A stretch of 62,428 nucleotides of DNA, counting the filler, from Sphacelaria rigidula (lineage: Eukaryota): the NCBI GenBank assembly GCA_964200075.2. It is 8 parts of 8 records of this genome, joined end to end, with 100 filler letters (N's around TTAATTAATTAA, not from the genome) between each part and the next. Parts side by side here need not be neighbours in the genome. Positions count along the whole stretch, not along the records: positions 1 to 7,717 come from CAXNAA020013687.1; positions 7,818 to 15,534 come from CAXNAA020013688.1; 6 more parts are not named here. One strand, written 5' to 3'. Shown in pieces: positions 1-11,200 of the stretch. The notes under the pieces were generated by a model. The model was not told the origin of the DNA, did no database searches, and was given only the letters and a program-made list of their open reading frames with translations. The translations under genes were made by a program, and so were the position numbers. How positions within the stretch are numbered: the first letter of the stretch is position 1; each line of letters opens with the position of its first letter.

Positions 1-3000
1 TACATTGTGTGAAGACCAGAGAATCCTCTGAAATAGCAGTCCATGGATGGCGTAGATGCTCTTGTATTATTGGCGTACAGGCTAACTTGTGCTTTGCTAG
101 TTGAGATGTATGGTCCAAAACGACTCTCACCCAAAGGGGGCAGGCAGCTGGATTCAATCAAACAATGTAGTATGACCCGTCGGGTACCAAGCATGACAAG
201 TATGACAAATGGAACCCAGTCGACTGGAACATGACCAATAAATCTGTAACGTTGGTACACAAGTGGGGAAGTACATTCGAAACTGAGTCGGTTAAAAGGC
301 AAGAAAACTTGTAGACAGATTGACAGAAGGCACAGATCGGGTTCAAGGGCGTGAAAATGCACAAAAGAGGTCCAGGGCTAGTCAGGGGCATGCGAGCATC
401 AACGCACCCCCCACCCCCTGATGATCACTTCGTTCTGCTCCCTTCTCTCAGCCTCAGCAACAGCTTTGTTCTGCAGTAGGTCAAGTTTCGGTCTGTTTTC
501 GGGTATAGTGTTCGATTGTGTGGAATTCTGGGGTTTTCCAGTATCGTAGCATAAAGAATCAATACCAGGGACAACTCATCCTCTTTCGACAACTTTTTGG
601 GTCTCTTCACGTTTCACACTTCGAGATTCGGCAAGGCGCATCATCTCAGCCCCATAACAGTGGTTCAACCTTTCATTGGAGATCGGAGCTCAAGCTTCTC
701 TCCTGACATTTCCCAAAAGGACTGTCGAAGACTGCTCTATATCTGGTCGTCTAGCATGAAAGCTCATTATCGTCACCTGAAATCAACCATAGATTACATA
801 AACCAAAAAGCATGTGTTGCTGGGTGTCCGTATCTTCAGTGATGCCTGAGCTTCGTACTACCTGCATACCTCATCTGGTATACAACGTAATGGCGCGACA
901 CGCGAGCCCCCACCACGAGTATCCAGTGCGCATTGCGATTGACGCCCACGTCTACGGAGATGTGACTCTATTGCGGACCAGATGTTGGAGGTTTGCTGCC
1001 CGCGATTCAAAGGCGGCGGATCGTGTTGCCCAGTGAGAATTCTCAGTAACAATAGCCCAAAGTGAAGCTGCGCCGATGAGCGCGGCACGTGCTGTAAGCG
1101 TGTTCGCAGCGGTAGTCATGGTGCAAAACCACACACGCACGCTGCGGACCCTCAACACGTGCAAACCTGTAAGATCTAGTACGCTGTAGAAGGTAGGTGG
1201 AGCTGCGGCACAAAACACTACAGACTGCTGCTGCTGTGCACAATCATGCAGCGTAATAATATAATAATTTCAGTACTTCAGATTCCATACCACTACTGCA
1301 CTGTCTGCAGGCGCCTGTGTCATGACTCTCACAACTATGTGCCTCGTATGCACCCGCGGGCCCTTCTGTCGTAGAGTAGGCGTTGTGGTTTGTGACAAAA
1401 TAATGATTCTGATCCCAAAAAGTGGATAGTCTCACTCAGTCTTCCAGCGGGGGGTCGCGGTCAACGGGTTAACTCACATACCACATCCATGTGCATCATT
1501 TGGACATGAACGGGTGGACGTTGAGTATTTGCAAAAAAAAAAGTCCAGGAGAAGCCGTGATGGCTTTTGAGTCGACTTGTCAAGCGTACGTTTTTATCGA
1601 GTACATGTCTTCATACGGCGCATGCTGTCGCAGTTGTTGCTGCGATATGCCCGAATGACATACTCTCTAATCATGACGTTGCTGTTTTGGTACCTCCGGG
1701 CAGTGCTATTAACAGAACACCTCGAACACGTTTTGATGGCCACTGTATGTCATCCACCCTCAACTGTGCCATGCCACAGCCGTACCGTACTGCCTTGTTC
1801 ACAAGCTTGAGTACAGCGGGACTAAACGCTGAGTGCGTCATATATGGGTTTCCACTGCGTTTTGTCGTTCCTACATGTGTGTTATCTTCACAACAGTGCG
1901 CAGCTATCCTTACAACACAGGAGGGAGCAGGCTAGAGTTGTGCATGAAAATGTGATCTCGTCAACATTTTGATTGGCTGTTGATATGATTGTCTTGGAGC
2001 GAACGGAAGAGGTGTTTGCGGTACGAAACGCACATGTTGCAAAAAAAGTCAACGGTGATTACTTTTAAACATAAAACAATCAACCTTCTTGGATTATAAT
2101 AATCAAAATGTGAATATATAATATGAAATAAAACGAGTGTTTCGTGTCAAGCGTGAATTACATTTTTTCTCAAGTATGTGGATATGGCGTTTGTCAGATA
2201 TGGTGCCCAGCTCTAGAGCAGGCGGGTAGCAAAGACTGCCCAAAAAGCAAGAAGCAACTTATTATTTTTGTGTGCTTGGTCCTAGAGCCTAGTGGCTAAA
2301 GTTTCGTCAAATACAGCCATGGCCGCGATATAAACAGCATTTTCGTGAGATGGAGAGTACAGGATACGATTGAGATTGAAAAGCGGTCAATTAGTGAGTG
2401 AAGAGTTTCAGTTCCGAAATGCCCTTCCATGAGGCCTGATAGGCTTTCTGCAGCTTATTTCCACTGAAGCCTTTGATATTCTTCAATGGGATATCGGTGC
2501 GTAGCTGTAAGCACACGCCAGTATCACAGGCAGAGAAGAACACAGACGGGATGAGAGCTTGGTCAAGTTGAAGCGAAAGATCCAAGCCACTCTCAGTCAA
2601 CGTTCTATTCTCCATCTCACGAAAACATTTTCATAGTCGATAGTGGTACGATCGTGCGGGAACCTAGTGAAAGAGCTAACCAGTCTCAAGTATCGAAGTC
2701 ATCACTGCTCTCTTCCCTGGGCTCGCCTCCCGCCGCAAACTTTTCCTAGAAACATGCGTATGGTTTATAGGAAGGGGTGGACTTCCCCATTCGCACCTTG
2801 GACTGTCAGGTGACGATTCTGGTTCGAGACGACGCTCGCAGTCGGAATAGGTATTAAACGACACAAGAATGACGATACAAAACCGCGTGGGCTGTGCCAT
2901 GAGCACGGTAGTCATTGTACAAGTGAGCCATTTCTAACCTCTAGCCCATGAATTACCCTACATTGCAGGTGGCTTCAACCGTCCATTGGACGAAATGCCA

Positions 3001-3061
3001 TGAAGACACGGGGGAACCGCGCCTGCCTTTCGCTGACGATTTTGCTGAGGGGAACGCTTCG

Positions 3062-3190
3062 TCACAAGATCCGCTTCTCGTGCATGTTCGTCCATGGCCC
3101 ACTTCCTTTGGCGTAGAAATCCATTGGGTACACATCCCTCCACGTCGTCTCTTCCAACGCAACATCGGCTTCGTAGGGGCTGAGTAGTGG
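3062..3190 (-). CDS. DPH1: Diphthamide biosynthesis protein 1, last exon
   Basis: After a CAG acceptor it reads [42 protein letters not shown], matching the DPH1 C-terminal PLLxPYEA...YPMDFYA..GPWT signature. Too short for the ORF track. Confidence 0.93.
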   Translation of the reverse strand, partial: PLLSPYEADVALEETTWRDVYPMDFYAKGSGPWTNMHEKRIL

Positions 3191-3446
3191 CTGCACAGAT
3201 GCATGCAAGCAAGTCAACAGGGACGTCTCAGACAAGCTTTTTTAAGAGGATGTACTTTCCAGCGCAAGCGTTGTCATACATCGCAGGACGTTTCCGGCTA
3301 ACATGATGACCTAGTTGGTGCAAACTAACACGTCCAACAGGCCCACCCGTTTTGAAGATGTATCGTTATGTCATATCTATTTTCGGCTTCCACCTATAAC
3401 CATACCATGCACCAGGAGACGAAGCGAAGCGGGTGCTTTTACGTAC

Positions 3447-3530
3447 CTTGTCAAAGAAGTGGCCCCAGTCAACAGAAAGTCGAGGACATGCTACCTGAAT
3501 CCACGCGTCCACATCGGCAAAAGCTGCGAG
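3447..3530 (-). CDS. DPH1: DPH1 internal exon
   Basis: cag|[28 protein letters not shown]|gtacgt. Contains the conserved [12 protein letters not shown] motif with an Fe-S ligand Cys. Phase 0 at both ends. Confidence 0.95.
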
Positions 3531-4139
3531 CTGCGGACAAGACGAGGAGATTATGTAAAACGGCGAAGTGGGCTTGGATTCAATCACGAAGCCGTTGACG
3601 TCGGAGCCAAGTCAATAGACTAACTAACCGCACGAAAGGGTAGGCAATCAAAACCATCACATCAGCGACAACGCTCCACCACCGGTGGCGCCGCATCATG
3701 ACTTATGCACATCTCCAAGTAGAGGCCAACATTCTGCCTCAATACCCTTGTCTTGAAGTCGACACTACCCAAGCTACGAATAGGCAGATTCGACACGGTG
3801 GAAACATCGGTGCATGACACAGCCAGCGCCTTGCCAATGCCACTACTACACATGAGCGAATTTTTCCGTCTCTCGTCACCACAGCCGATCATCAGAAGTG
3901 ACGATGGAGCTTAACCCTTAGGCCGCGAGATTGGTCTTTCTGGATCATGCATACTTTTCTTCACTTGAAATTGATGCTGGTTCAACAGAAGACTTACCGC
4001 GGAGAGAAAACCTCTTGAAAAAATTGGCCTAAAAGAAGGGTGGGTGGGGTATAGCCTGGTGTCTATGTTTGGAGTATACGGCTAACGTCCCCAGTGCACA
4101 CGGTCAGTAGTCTAGTTGGTTATCTCTTGAACCGTCACA

Positions 4140-4495
4140 GTATCCACACCAAATCTTCGTAATATGGTTGCATTTATTCACCTCCTGGTAGCTATTGACA
4201 ACTGCTGCGCGCCAAAGAAGATGGAGTTCGATAACTGATATGTTGGGGCCTAGGCTATAGGTGATCAAAACGGACCGCCCGATTTCCCTATAATCATTTC
4301 ATCTAGGACCCCCAACATTTCGGTCATCGAAATCCAAATTTGTAGGGTGTGTAGTTGTTGTCGAAAGCTAGCAGGAGGTGAAGGAATGTGACCATATTTT
4401 TCCGGCAACTGTTGTGGATACGAAGACTTTAATTTTCCGGATTATCATCCTCGATCAAGAGCTCCATCCTCAATTTCCATGTTTCACCGCTGTTT
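4140..4495. mobile_element. Fold-back MITE family A, truncated copy
   Basis: Shares CCAAATCTTCG.AATATGGTT..ATTT.TTCACCT.CTGGTAGCTATTGACAA and its reverse complement with the copies at 9524, 10742 and 61360. The left terminus is missing. Confidence 0.7.
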
Positions 4496-5251
4496 CAAGG
4501 GCGCAGGTGTGAAATGGTGTCCACCTTGGTGCATCATTTGCAAGCGATCGGGGTTCAACTAAAATGCCCGGGGACTTTTATATGTACTATAGGACCAGGA
4601 CATGATTGATTCTACTGTTGGATGCCGTAATGGGGCCAGATTTTCCCTTCCTGTTACTTCTTGTTAGGTCTCGATCATGTGCCAACGTATCTAACAGCAC
4701 GCTCCGTGCCGCGCCTGCTGCTATGCGCCGTTGACTGTTACATGCAAGGGGTTGAAACTGACTGACGCATTTTATCAAGGCAACCGTGATCGCCCGATGA
4801 AGGTGACATGTTCGCCGTCGAAAAGTTCGGAATGTGGTGATCGCACACTATCTGTGCACTTTTCCTTTCCATACAGGCAACCCAAGAGAGGGGCTGGATA
4901 AGTCTATCAAGTGCGCATGGCGTTCGTACTTGTTTGTACATAGCTAACTATGGCAACAACAACGCAAATACTTACCACCATAGGAGCACGCTGGTCGGCT
5001 TTGAGGCGTTGTGCGGAATGGGTTTGGTTTCGCGCGATTACGTCATGTCTGTTCATCATCAAGCACCAACCAGAAACGGTTGAAAAGAGCACGACGGACT
5101 CGAATCTGTTCGATTCCGCTCTCCGCTCTCTTCAGTGTCCATCAGTCGCGTGGTGTCCGCTACAGAACGCACGAGGCGCAACATTTGCTCACGTGATACA
5201 CAGTACACAACTCACTGGACTGCCCAGACAAAGAAACATGCTACATCACAC

Positions 5252-5414
5252 CTTAGCAGGAAACACCTCAGACAGTAGCAGCACGAAGTGCTGCTTTCCC
5301 CTATCGCGCAGAACAGACGTCAGATGGTGAAGAATATGTGGATTACCCTGCCGCCCAAGCGTGCCGAGGATAACTCCAAATGACTTCGCGCCTTTCGCCT
5401 GTTCGATGGCGCCC
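5252..5414 (-). CDS. DPH1: DPH1 internal exon
   Basis: cag|g [54 protein letters not shown]|gtgtga. Contains the conserved [11 protein letters not shown] and LLSExFPxK motifs; phases match the neighbouring exons. Confidence 0.95.
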
Positions 5415-6432
5415 CTGCCAGTCGACGACGTGACACACGAGTGCAAGCAACAGCCGATGAAACCGCTCTGGTAAAAACATCGATCTCGGGGTATTCACTT
5501 GAAATGAAGAACCAATCGAGGATGTCAAAACCTCACACAGGCAGAGTACTGCGGTGCTGGAAAAACTTAGCGTTAGCTTACGCCGTGGAGTGAGGGTCAC
5601 ACTGAAAGAGGATTCATCTGGGCTGCAGGACAGCCTTTGTTATCCCATTATCTAGCGTGAACACGCTGCTCCAGCTCGAGCCATGTTTATTCAGTATGAA
5701 AGCATGGAGTCGAACACAACTGCCGCGGCGAAGTGAAGATGACTGGCTAGCACTTTTTTTTTCACCAATGCATGTAATTGCCGCGTTAGTTAACTGAGGT
5801 TTCATGTACACATCACAAATTCCAAGGCAAGTGGACAATTCCACTGGTCGCGAAAGGACAGCCTGTAAACATCGCGCCGATCCTCCAGCGCACACAAGGC
5901 CCGTGAACCTCCGGGAAAATAAACTCAAAAGAAACGAAATACTATGTGAAACTGCCACGGGTGCCGTACTACCGTCCAATATTGCAATGTACTATCGATT
6001 TCTCCACTCCAACACGCACCACGCTCATCACCACGGCAGGGTCTTCGATGCGTGAAGGCGCCACGAATCCCCTACAAAAGTGTTATCGCGTCCACATTAG
6101 CGCACTCCATGATGTTTTGTTGCATGCTTACTTCTTCCCGAATGCTGTCGAGTGTGACTGGTGGCGCCAGTTTGGAGGTATCCGCTGCATCAGCGTTCCA
6201 CCTGGCACTCTGTCTAAGGCACAACATAACCGTGTTTTCTCGGTTTGCTGCAACAATTATGTATTTCTAGGCATGTTGGAGCAACGCGATCACCGTCGTG
6301 TTGTAGGACGAAATAGTGAAAGTCAACTTCGACCCTCTTCAAGTGAGACCCCGCCTTCGAATGGATCGTCTCATGGTGGCATTTCCACTCTGCTTGCAGC
6401 ACCATGTTTCACGCACGCATTTACGCTCTCAC

Positions 6433-6539
6433 TTTCGAATTCCATGCATCTTGGGCGTGTCGTAATGCTCTCGGGTCAGCACCTTGTTGTAGGGGTTATA
6501 CCGGAAGTGCTGCATCCCTGGGTTGTGAATCATGGCAGA
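6433..6539 (-). CDS. DPH1: DPH1 internal exon (most 5' exon found in this contig)
   Basis: cag|SAMIHNPGMQHFRYNPYNKVLTREHYDTPKMHGIR aa|gtgaga. Matches the DPH1 AMIxNP...RYxPYxK..TRE.Y segment. Upstream exons were not found before the contig end at 7717. Confidence 0.92.
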
Positions 6540-7717
6540 CTGGGAACATGAAGCACAGAGGAATGACAGAGTTGAGCTTTTCAAGGGATCGGCAAACACA
6601 AACCTTCGCTCAATTAAACACGGCATGTTGGCGGGGGAACGGAAATGAATGCAGATTGGGTAGCGGGAGAAAATGGCATAAATTCTTCAGTGTCCAGGGT
6701 AAATCCGGGAGGCAAGGCCAGCCATAGCGCCGTATGCTCTTTTACGAATGCTCACCCACGTTCATACACAGTAGCATACTTGTGCTGGCCTTCCTTCATC
6801 TCTGTCGTATTAACGAGATTCCGCTGCGAACTCGAAACGTGAATTCGATTTTGGCGGCTGTGGTTCGATCGATACATGTCAACGGGGGACAAACTGTTCT
6901 GGAAGAAAAAAGATAATGCCCGTTAGCTGTGTGGTGCATCGTAGCAAGGTACATCGTATCGTACCGTATCGTACCATGTGGAAACACCCTATCGGTAGAA
7001 GATCCAACACCATGTTGACACTCAGTGTTCCTTTTCAATAATATGGAGGCATTTTTTTTACTAAAAATATAATTCATCATCCGCGGGGTCAATTGGAGAC
7101 GGTCATGGTCCAAGGCCTGAAATATACTGAGACTACAGAGGCAGACGTCCTTGGAAGAAAGGTCGTCACATGAGCACGGATACCTACTGTAGCGCTACAT
7201 ACCAATCACCGCGCATTTGGCAGCCGGATGAGAAAGGATGCATATCACTGCGGAAGGGGGAAGCGTTTGTAGCACGATATGTATCCCACCACGGCAATAC
7301 CCGACGAAGTCTACAATGTGTGCTGTTAGTGGCAGTACAAGTATAACTGTAGTACTCTGATAGTGCGATGCGAACAACGCCTCGGCATGGCTAGAATATC
7401 CGGTTGCTTCTGATGGAAGAAGACTACAGCAACCGCTGCTGTCATTCTCAGACCGTCGTAGTAACCGCCATGCTCAATCTGGCCCTGTGAAGGAGGAGAC
7501 TTTGCCCCCTGTCCGAACAGGTCCGCAGTGGTCCTTGACAGAAAACACTCTTCTCTTTGGCTACATTGTGCGGTCGCGTCGTGCTCGACACGGCGTAAAA
7601 AATTCACGGGGGCATCTGCGTTCAACATATGGAGAGTCGTATTATTATATTATTATTATATCCATCACATTAGCTCGACCTCTCGAACGCGTGGTCACAG
7701 AGTGCAAGGAGCATACC

Positions 7718-7817
7718 NNNNNNNNNNNNNNNNNNNNNNNNNNNNNNNNNNNNNNNNNNNNTTAATTAATTAANNNNNNNNNNNNNNNNNNNNNNNNNNN
7801 NNNNNNNNNNNNNNNNN
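7718..7817. other. Artificial contig linker N44-TTAATTAATTAA-N44
   Basis: 100-nt spacer with a six-frame stop cassette. Confidence 0.98.
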
Positions 7818-8059
7818 CGTGGTGTGCTCGGTGAGTCGCACGAAGGGTGAGCTGCATCCTGCTGAGATTGTTCGGCCTGACGCCTGCTGATTATCTTGCA
7901 TTTGGATGACAGCCAACCATGAGTTGCTTCATTTTCTGGTATCGTCACTTGCAGAGACAGTCACGGCTGATACACTGCCTCATGGGTGGGGGGTCCATGT
8001 ATCATACGCGTGCTTCTCGCGGCTTGGCGTACGCTCATCGTTTTCTTATCTCGTCTCAC

Positions 8060-8190
8060 TTCCAACTCCTCCGTGCCTCGAGACGAGTCTGTGGTCTGAA
8101 GGGAGTCTGTGGTCTGAAGGGATCAATCCATCTCTCTCCCCCGGTTCACGCCTTACATTTTGGCGTTACGGGTTGGATCAACACCCCCGC
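8060..8190 (+). repeat. Dispersed repeat family D copy
   Basis: CTCGAGACGAGTCTGTGGTCTGAAGGGATCAATCCATCTCTC...CCGGTTCACGCCTTACATTTTGGC recurs reverse-complemented at ~52505-52600 and partially at ~29900-29945. It carries an 18-bp tandem duplication (GAGTCTGTGGTCTGAAGG x2). Confidence 0.65.
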
Positions 8191-8277
8191 ACCGCGTCGA
8201 CCGTTATTGTGTTACAGACTCGGTCCAACAGACGTTTTTTGCCGCCCATGCTCTCGCGGTTTCAACGGCGAAAACAG

Positions 8278-11200
8278 ATACTTCTTGTACAAAAGGCCAC
8301 TCAAGCACACTGACGGGTTTCGAACCCGCGTTTTAATCGACGCTGTTGTTGCGGAGATACCCGAAATCGTTGGGGTTGACAAGGTACCGGGTGATTTTCG
8401 AATGCTTGCGAGCGCCGCAGCGTGTTGACAGGGCAGTTCTCCGAAGAGCTGTGGTGCATGAGCGATGCTACGGTAGGGGTGCACAGATAGTTTCTGAGGT
8501 TAGAATTGTTAGGAGCCCTTTATCTCATGCAAAACACGACCTATGAAAATATGACGAAGTACGCCAGGATTACTACTCCAATGTGCTGAGAATATCCGAA
8601 TAAATTTGCAAACGGGGATGCCCTGACCCATGTTTTTGTGCATATAGAATCCGTAGGAGCCCCTGAACTGGACATAATTTCGCGAAAAAAGTGCACCCCT
8701 ACCGTAGCATTGCTCGCATACCAATCTTTTTGAGTTTGAAAAAAAACGAACCTTCCAGGGGAAACCAAGCCGTTCCGTTCTCGGAGAAGTCTGAACGCAG
8801 GGTCCGAAAACTCTGGAAAAATCTGGGATCTTTGCGAAAACAGTGTCGCTAACAATTGGCGTAAGTTATACCATTAGACCACTGGGGAGCGGCGGCCTAT
8901 ACTCGGGCCGTGTAGGGTCCGCCGAGCGGTGCTGAATGTTGATGCTGCACCTTGTGTGCCAGGTAACTGTCCAGTGTGCGGCGGCTGACTGCTTGGCGAT
9001 AGAGCTAAAGCGAACGACTTACTGTGAAGATTTTTGGAACAAAACAGTTATGCTCACGCGTACATCCCCTGGAGAATATTCTAATATATGCGTCGTACGC
9101 CAATCACACTCATGAATTTCACTCGCAAACAGATCACCACTAAAGGTCTGGAAATAGGTGAACAATCAGCGGTGAAGAAGATACTTGTAGAGAGTGGAGC
9201 GGAATCCGACTTGGCGAAAGCATTTCATGGCGTGTCTCTGGTAAGTTCACACAAAAATCCTGCGAATCCATGTCTGGTAACTCCATGACAATGAACGCCA
9301 CTTTTCATGTTTTTTCTCAGGGTTGTAGGCGATCCTATCGTGTGTAATGTATAAGCACTTCAATGGGATGGCTGGTTAGATGCACCTTGTTGCCTTACCT
9401 GCCCCTTATGTTCTCGTGGTTACACGATAGTGAAATGATCACACCGTGGACGACAGATTTCATTGTCAACAAATGCACTGCGTACAGTATATAATCTATT
9501 GTTTTGAGCAACAGACGCAATAAACACGAGATCTTACGAATTGGGGATGGATCTCTTCTTGGGGATGAGAAACCCGGAGAATTAAAAATCTTCGTGTCCA
9601 AACCAAATCTTCGAAATATGGTTCCATTTCTTCACCTACTGATAGCTATTGACAATTGCTACACGCCATAGAAATGTAGATTCCGGTCGCCGAAATTTTG
9701 GGTCCCAGGTGAAAAAACAATTTTGGGGAATTCCGGGTGTCCAAACGGACGCCAAAACGGTTCCGAATTTGTTTTTCACTCAGGGCCCCAACGTTTCGGT
9801 GATCGAAATCCAAATTTCTATGGCGTGGAGCAGTTGTCAATAGCTATCAGTAGGTGAAGAAATATAATAATATTTTGAAGATTTGGTGTGGATACGAAGA
9901 TTTTGATTCGGCGGGTCTCTCATCCCCAATAAAGGATCCATCTCCAATTTGTAAGATCCCGTGTTAATAGTCGATAGTGTACGCAATGCACTTTTGGCAA
10001 TGTAATCTATCACCAAGGGTGTGAGAATGATTATATCTTCAACTCCACGATATATATATATATATATATATACATGCAACCGAAATATACCATATCAGAC
10101 CGTCGGTTGTTCACGAATTTCACAGTTCACCGTGACGGTCGCAAGGCACCAGACTTGTGAGGGGGGTGCTGGGTATGTGTATGGAGGTTTAGAGGGGGTG
10201 ATCCGGGGGAGGGTAGATGTTTGCTGTGAGTGACAAAGAATTAAGCGATGTAAGAAGCATGCTCGGTCTTCTCATTCTTTTGGAGATATTTTTAATACAT
10301 GTATACACCCCTGACGCTGCAAGTATGTACATACTTTTCACAGGCCCTCAAGAGCTCACCAGCCATGAAGTAGACCGTCTCACAACGACCCTCGACGCCG
10401 TGTACACGTATCAAAACACACTCCACTCGAAACCACGTATTGTTTACAATCGCCATGACACTCAGACACAACACACTTACCTCGAGAGGTCTATAATTGA
10501 CTAGGGACTACTGTCACAGAGATCAGGTTGTAAGGCTTGGGAAGACCGCGTGCTTTTTGGACCGCATCGGACTTTGAACACCCAATGGTTAGGGTCAGGG
10601 TTAGGGGCACGGTCCCTTCAAGGAGTGGCCCAAGCGGTCTTGAAAAAGGTCGGTCCCGGGTGTTTTGAACACTGATGCGGTCCAAAAAGCACGCGGTCCT
10701 TCCATGCGCTACAAGGTATACAAAAAAATCATCGCGATATAACAGTCGATTATCGAAATTGAGGATGGAGCTTTTCATCAAGGATGAGAACCGGGGGGAA
10801 TAAAATCTTACCCACACCGAATCTGCGAAATATGGTTACATACCTTCACCTACTGGAGGCTATTGACAAGTACTACACGTGATACAGATTCGGGTTTCGA
10901 GAACCAAAATGTTGGGGTCCTGCGCAAAAACCAATTCCGGGGACTTTCGGCGATCCGATCAGATCACCTGTATTCCTCAAAATATTTTCTTCATCTAAAA
11001 CCCTAACATTTCGGTTATCGAAATCCAACTTTGTAGGGCGTGTTGCAGTTGTCAATGGCTACCAGTAGGTGAAGAAATGGTACCATATTTCGCAGATTTG
11101 GTTTGGACACGAAGGTTTGAATTCTGAGCGCTCTCATCCTCAATGAAAATCTCCGTCCTCAATTTCGAGATTCGGCTGTTACATGACAAGCATGTCTTCG

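Noticed and set aside
171-710. Short coding-looking stretches at the start of contig 1 on both strands
   Set aside because: No recognisable motif, interrupted by stops, and no consistent exon chain.
7762-7773. TTAATTAATTAA as a biological motif repeated every ~7.8 kb
   Set aside because: Always centred in N runs; it is an artificial six-frame stop linker.
9646-9843. Pair of similar 64-aa ORFs on opposite strands (also 10873, 11052, 61370, 61620)
   Set aside because: An artefact of the palindromic family A MITE.
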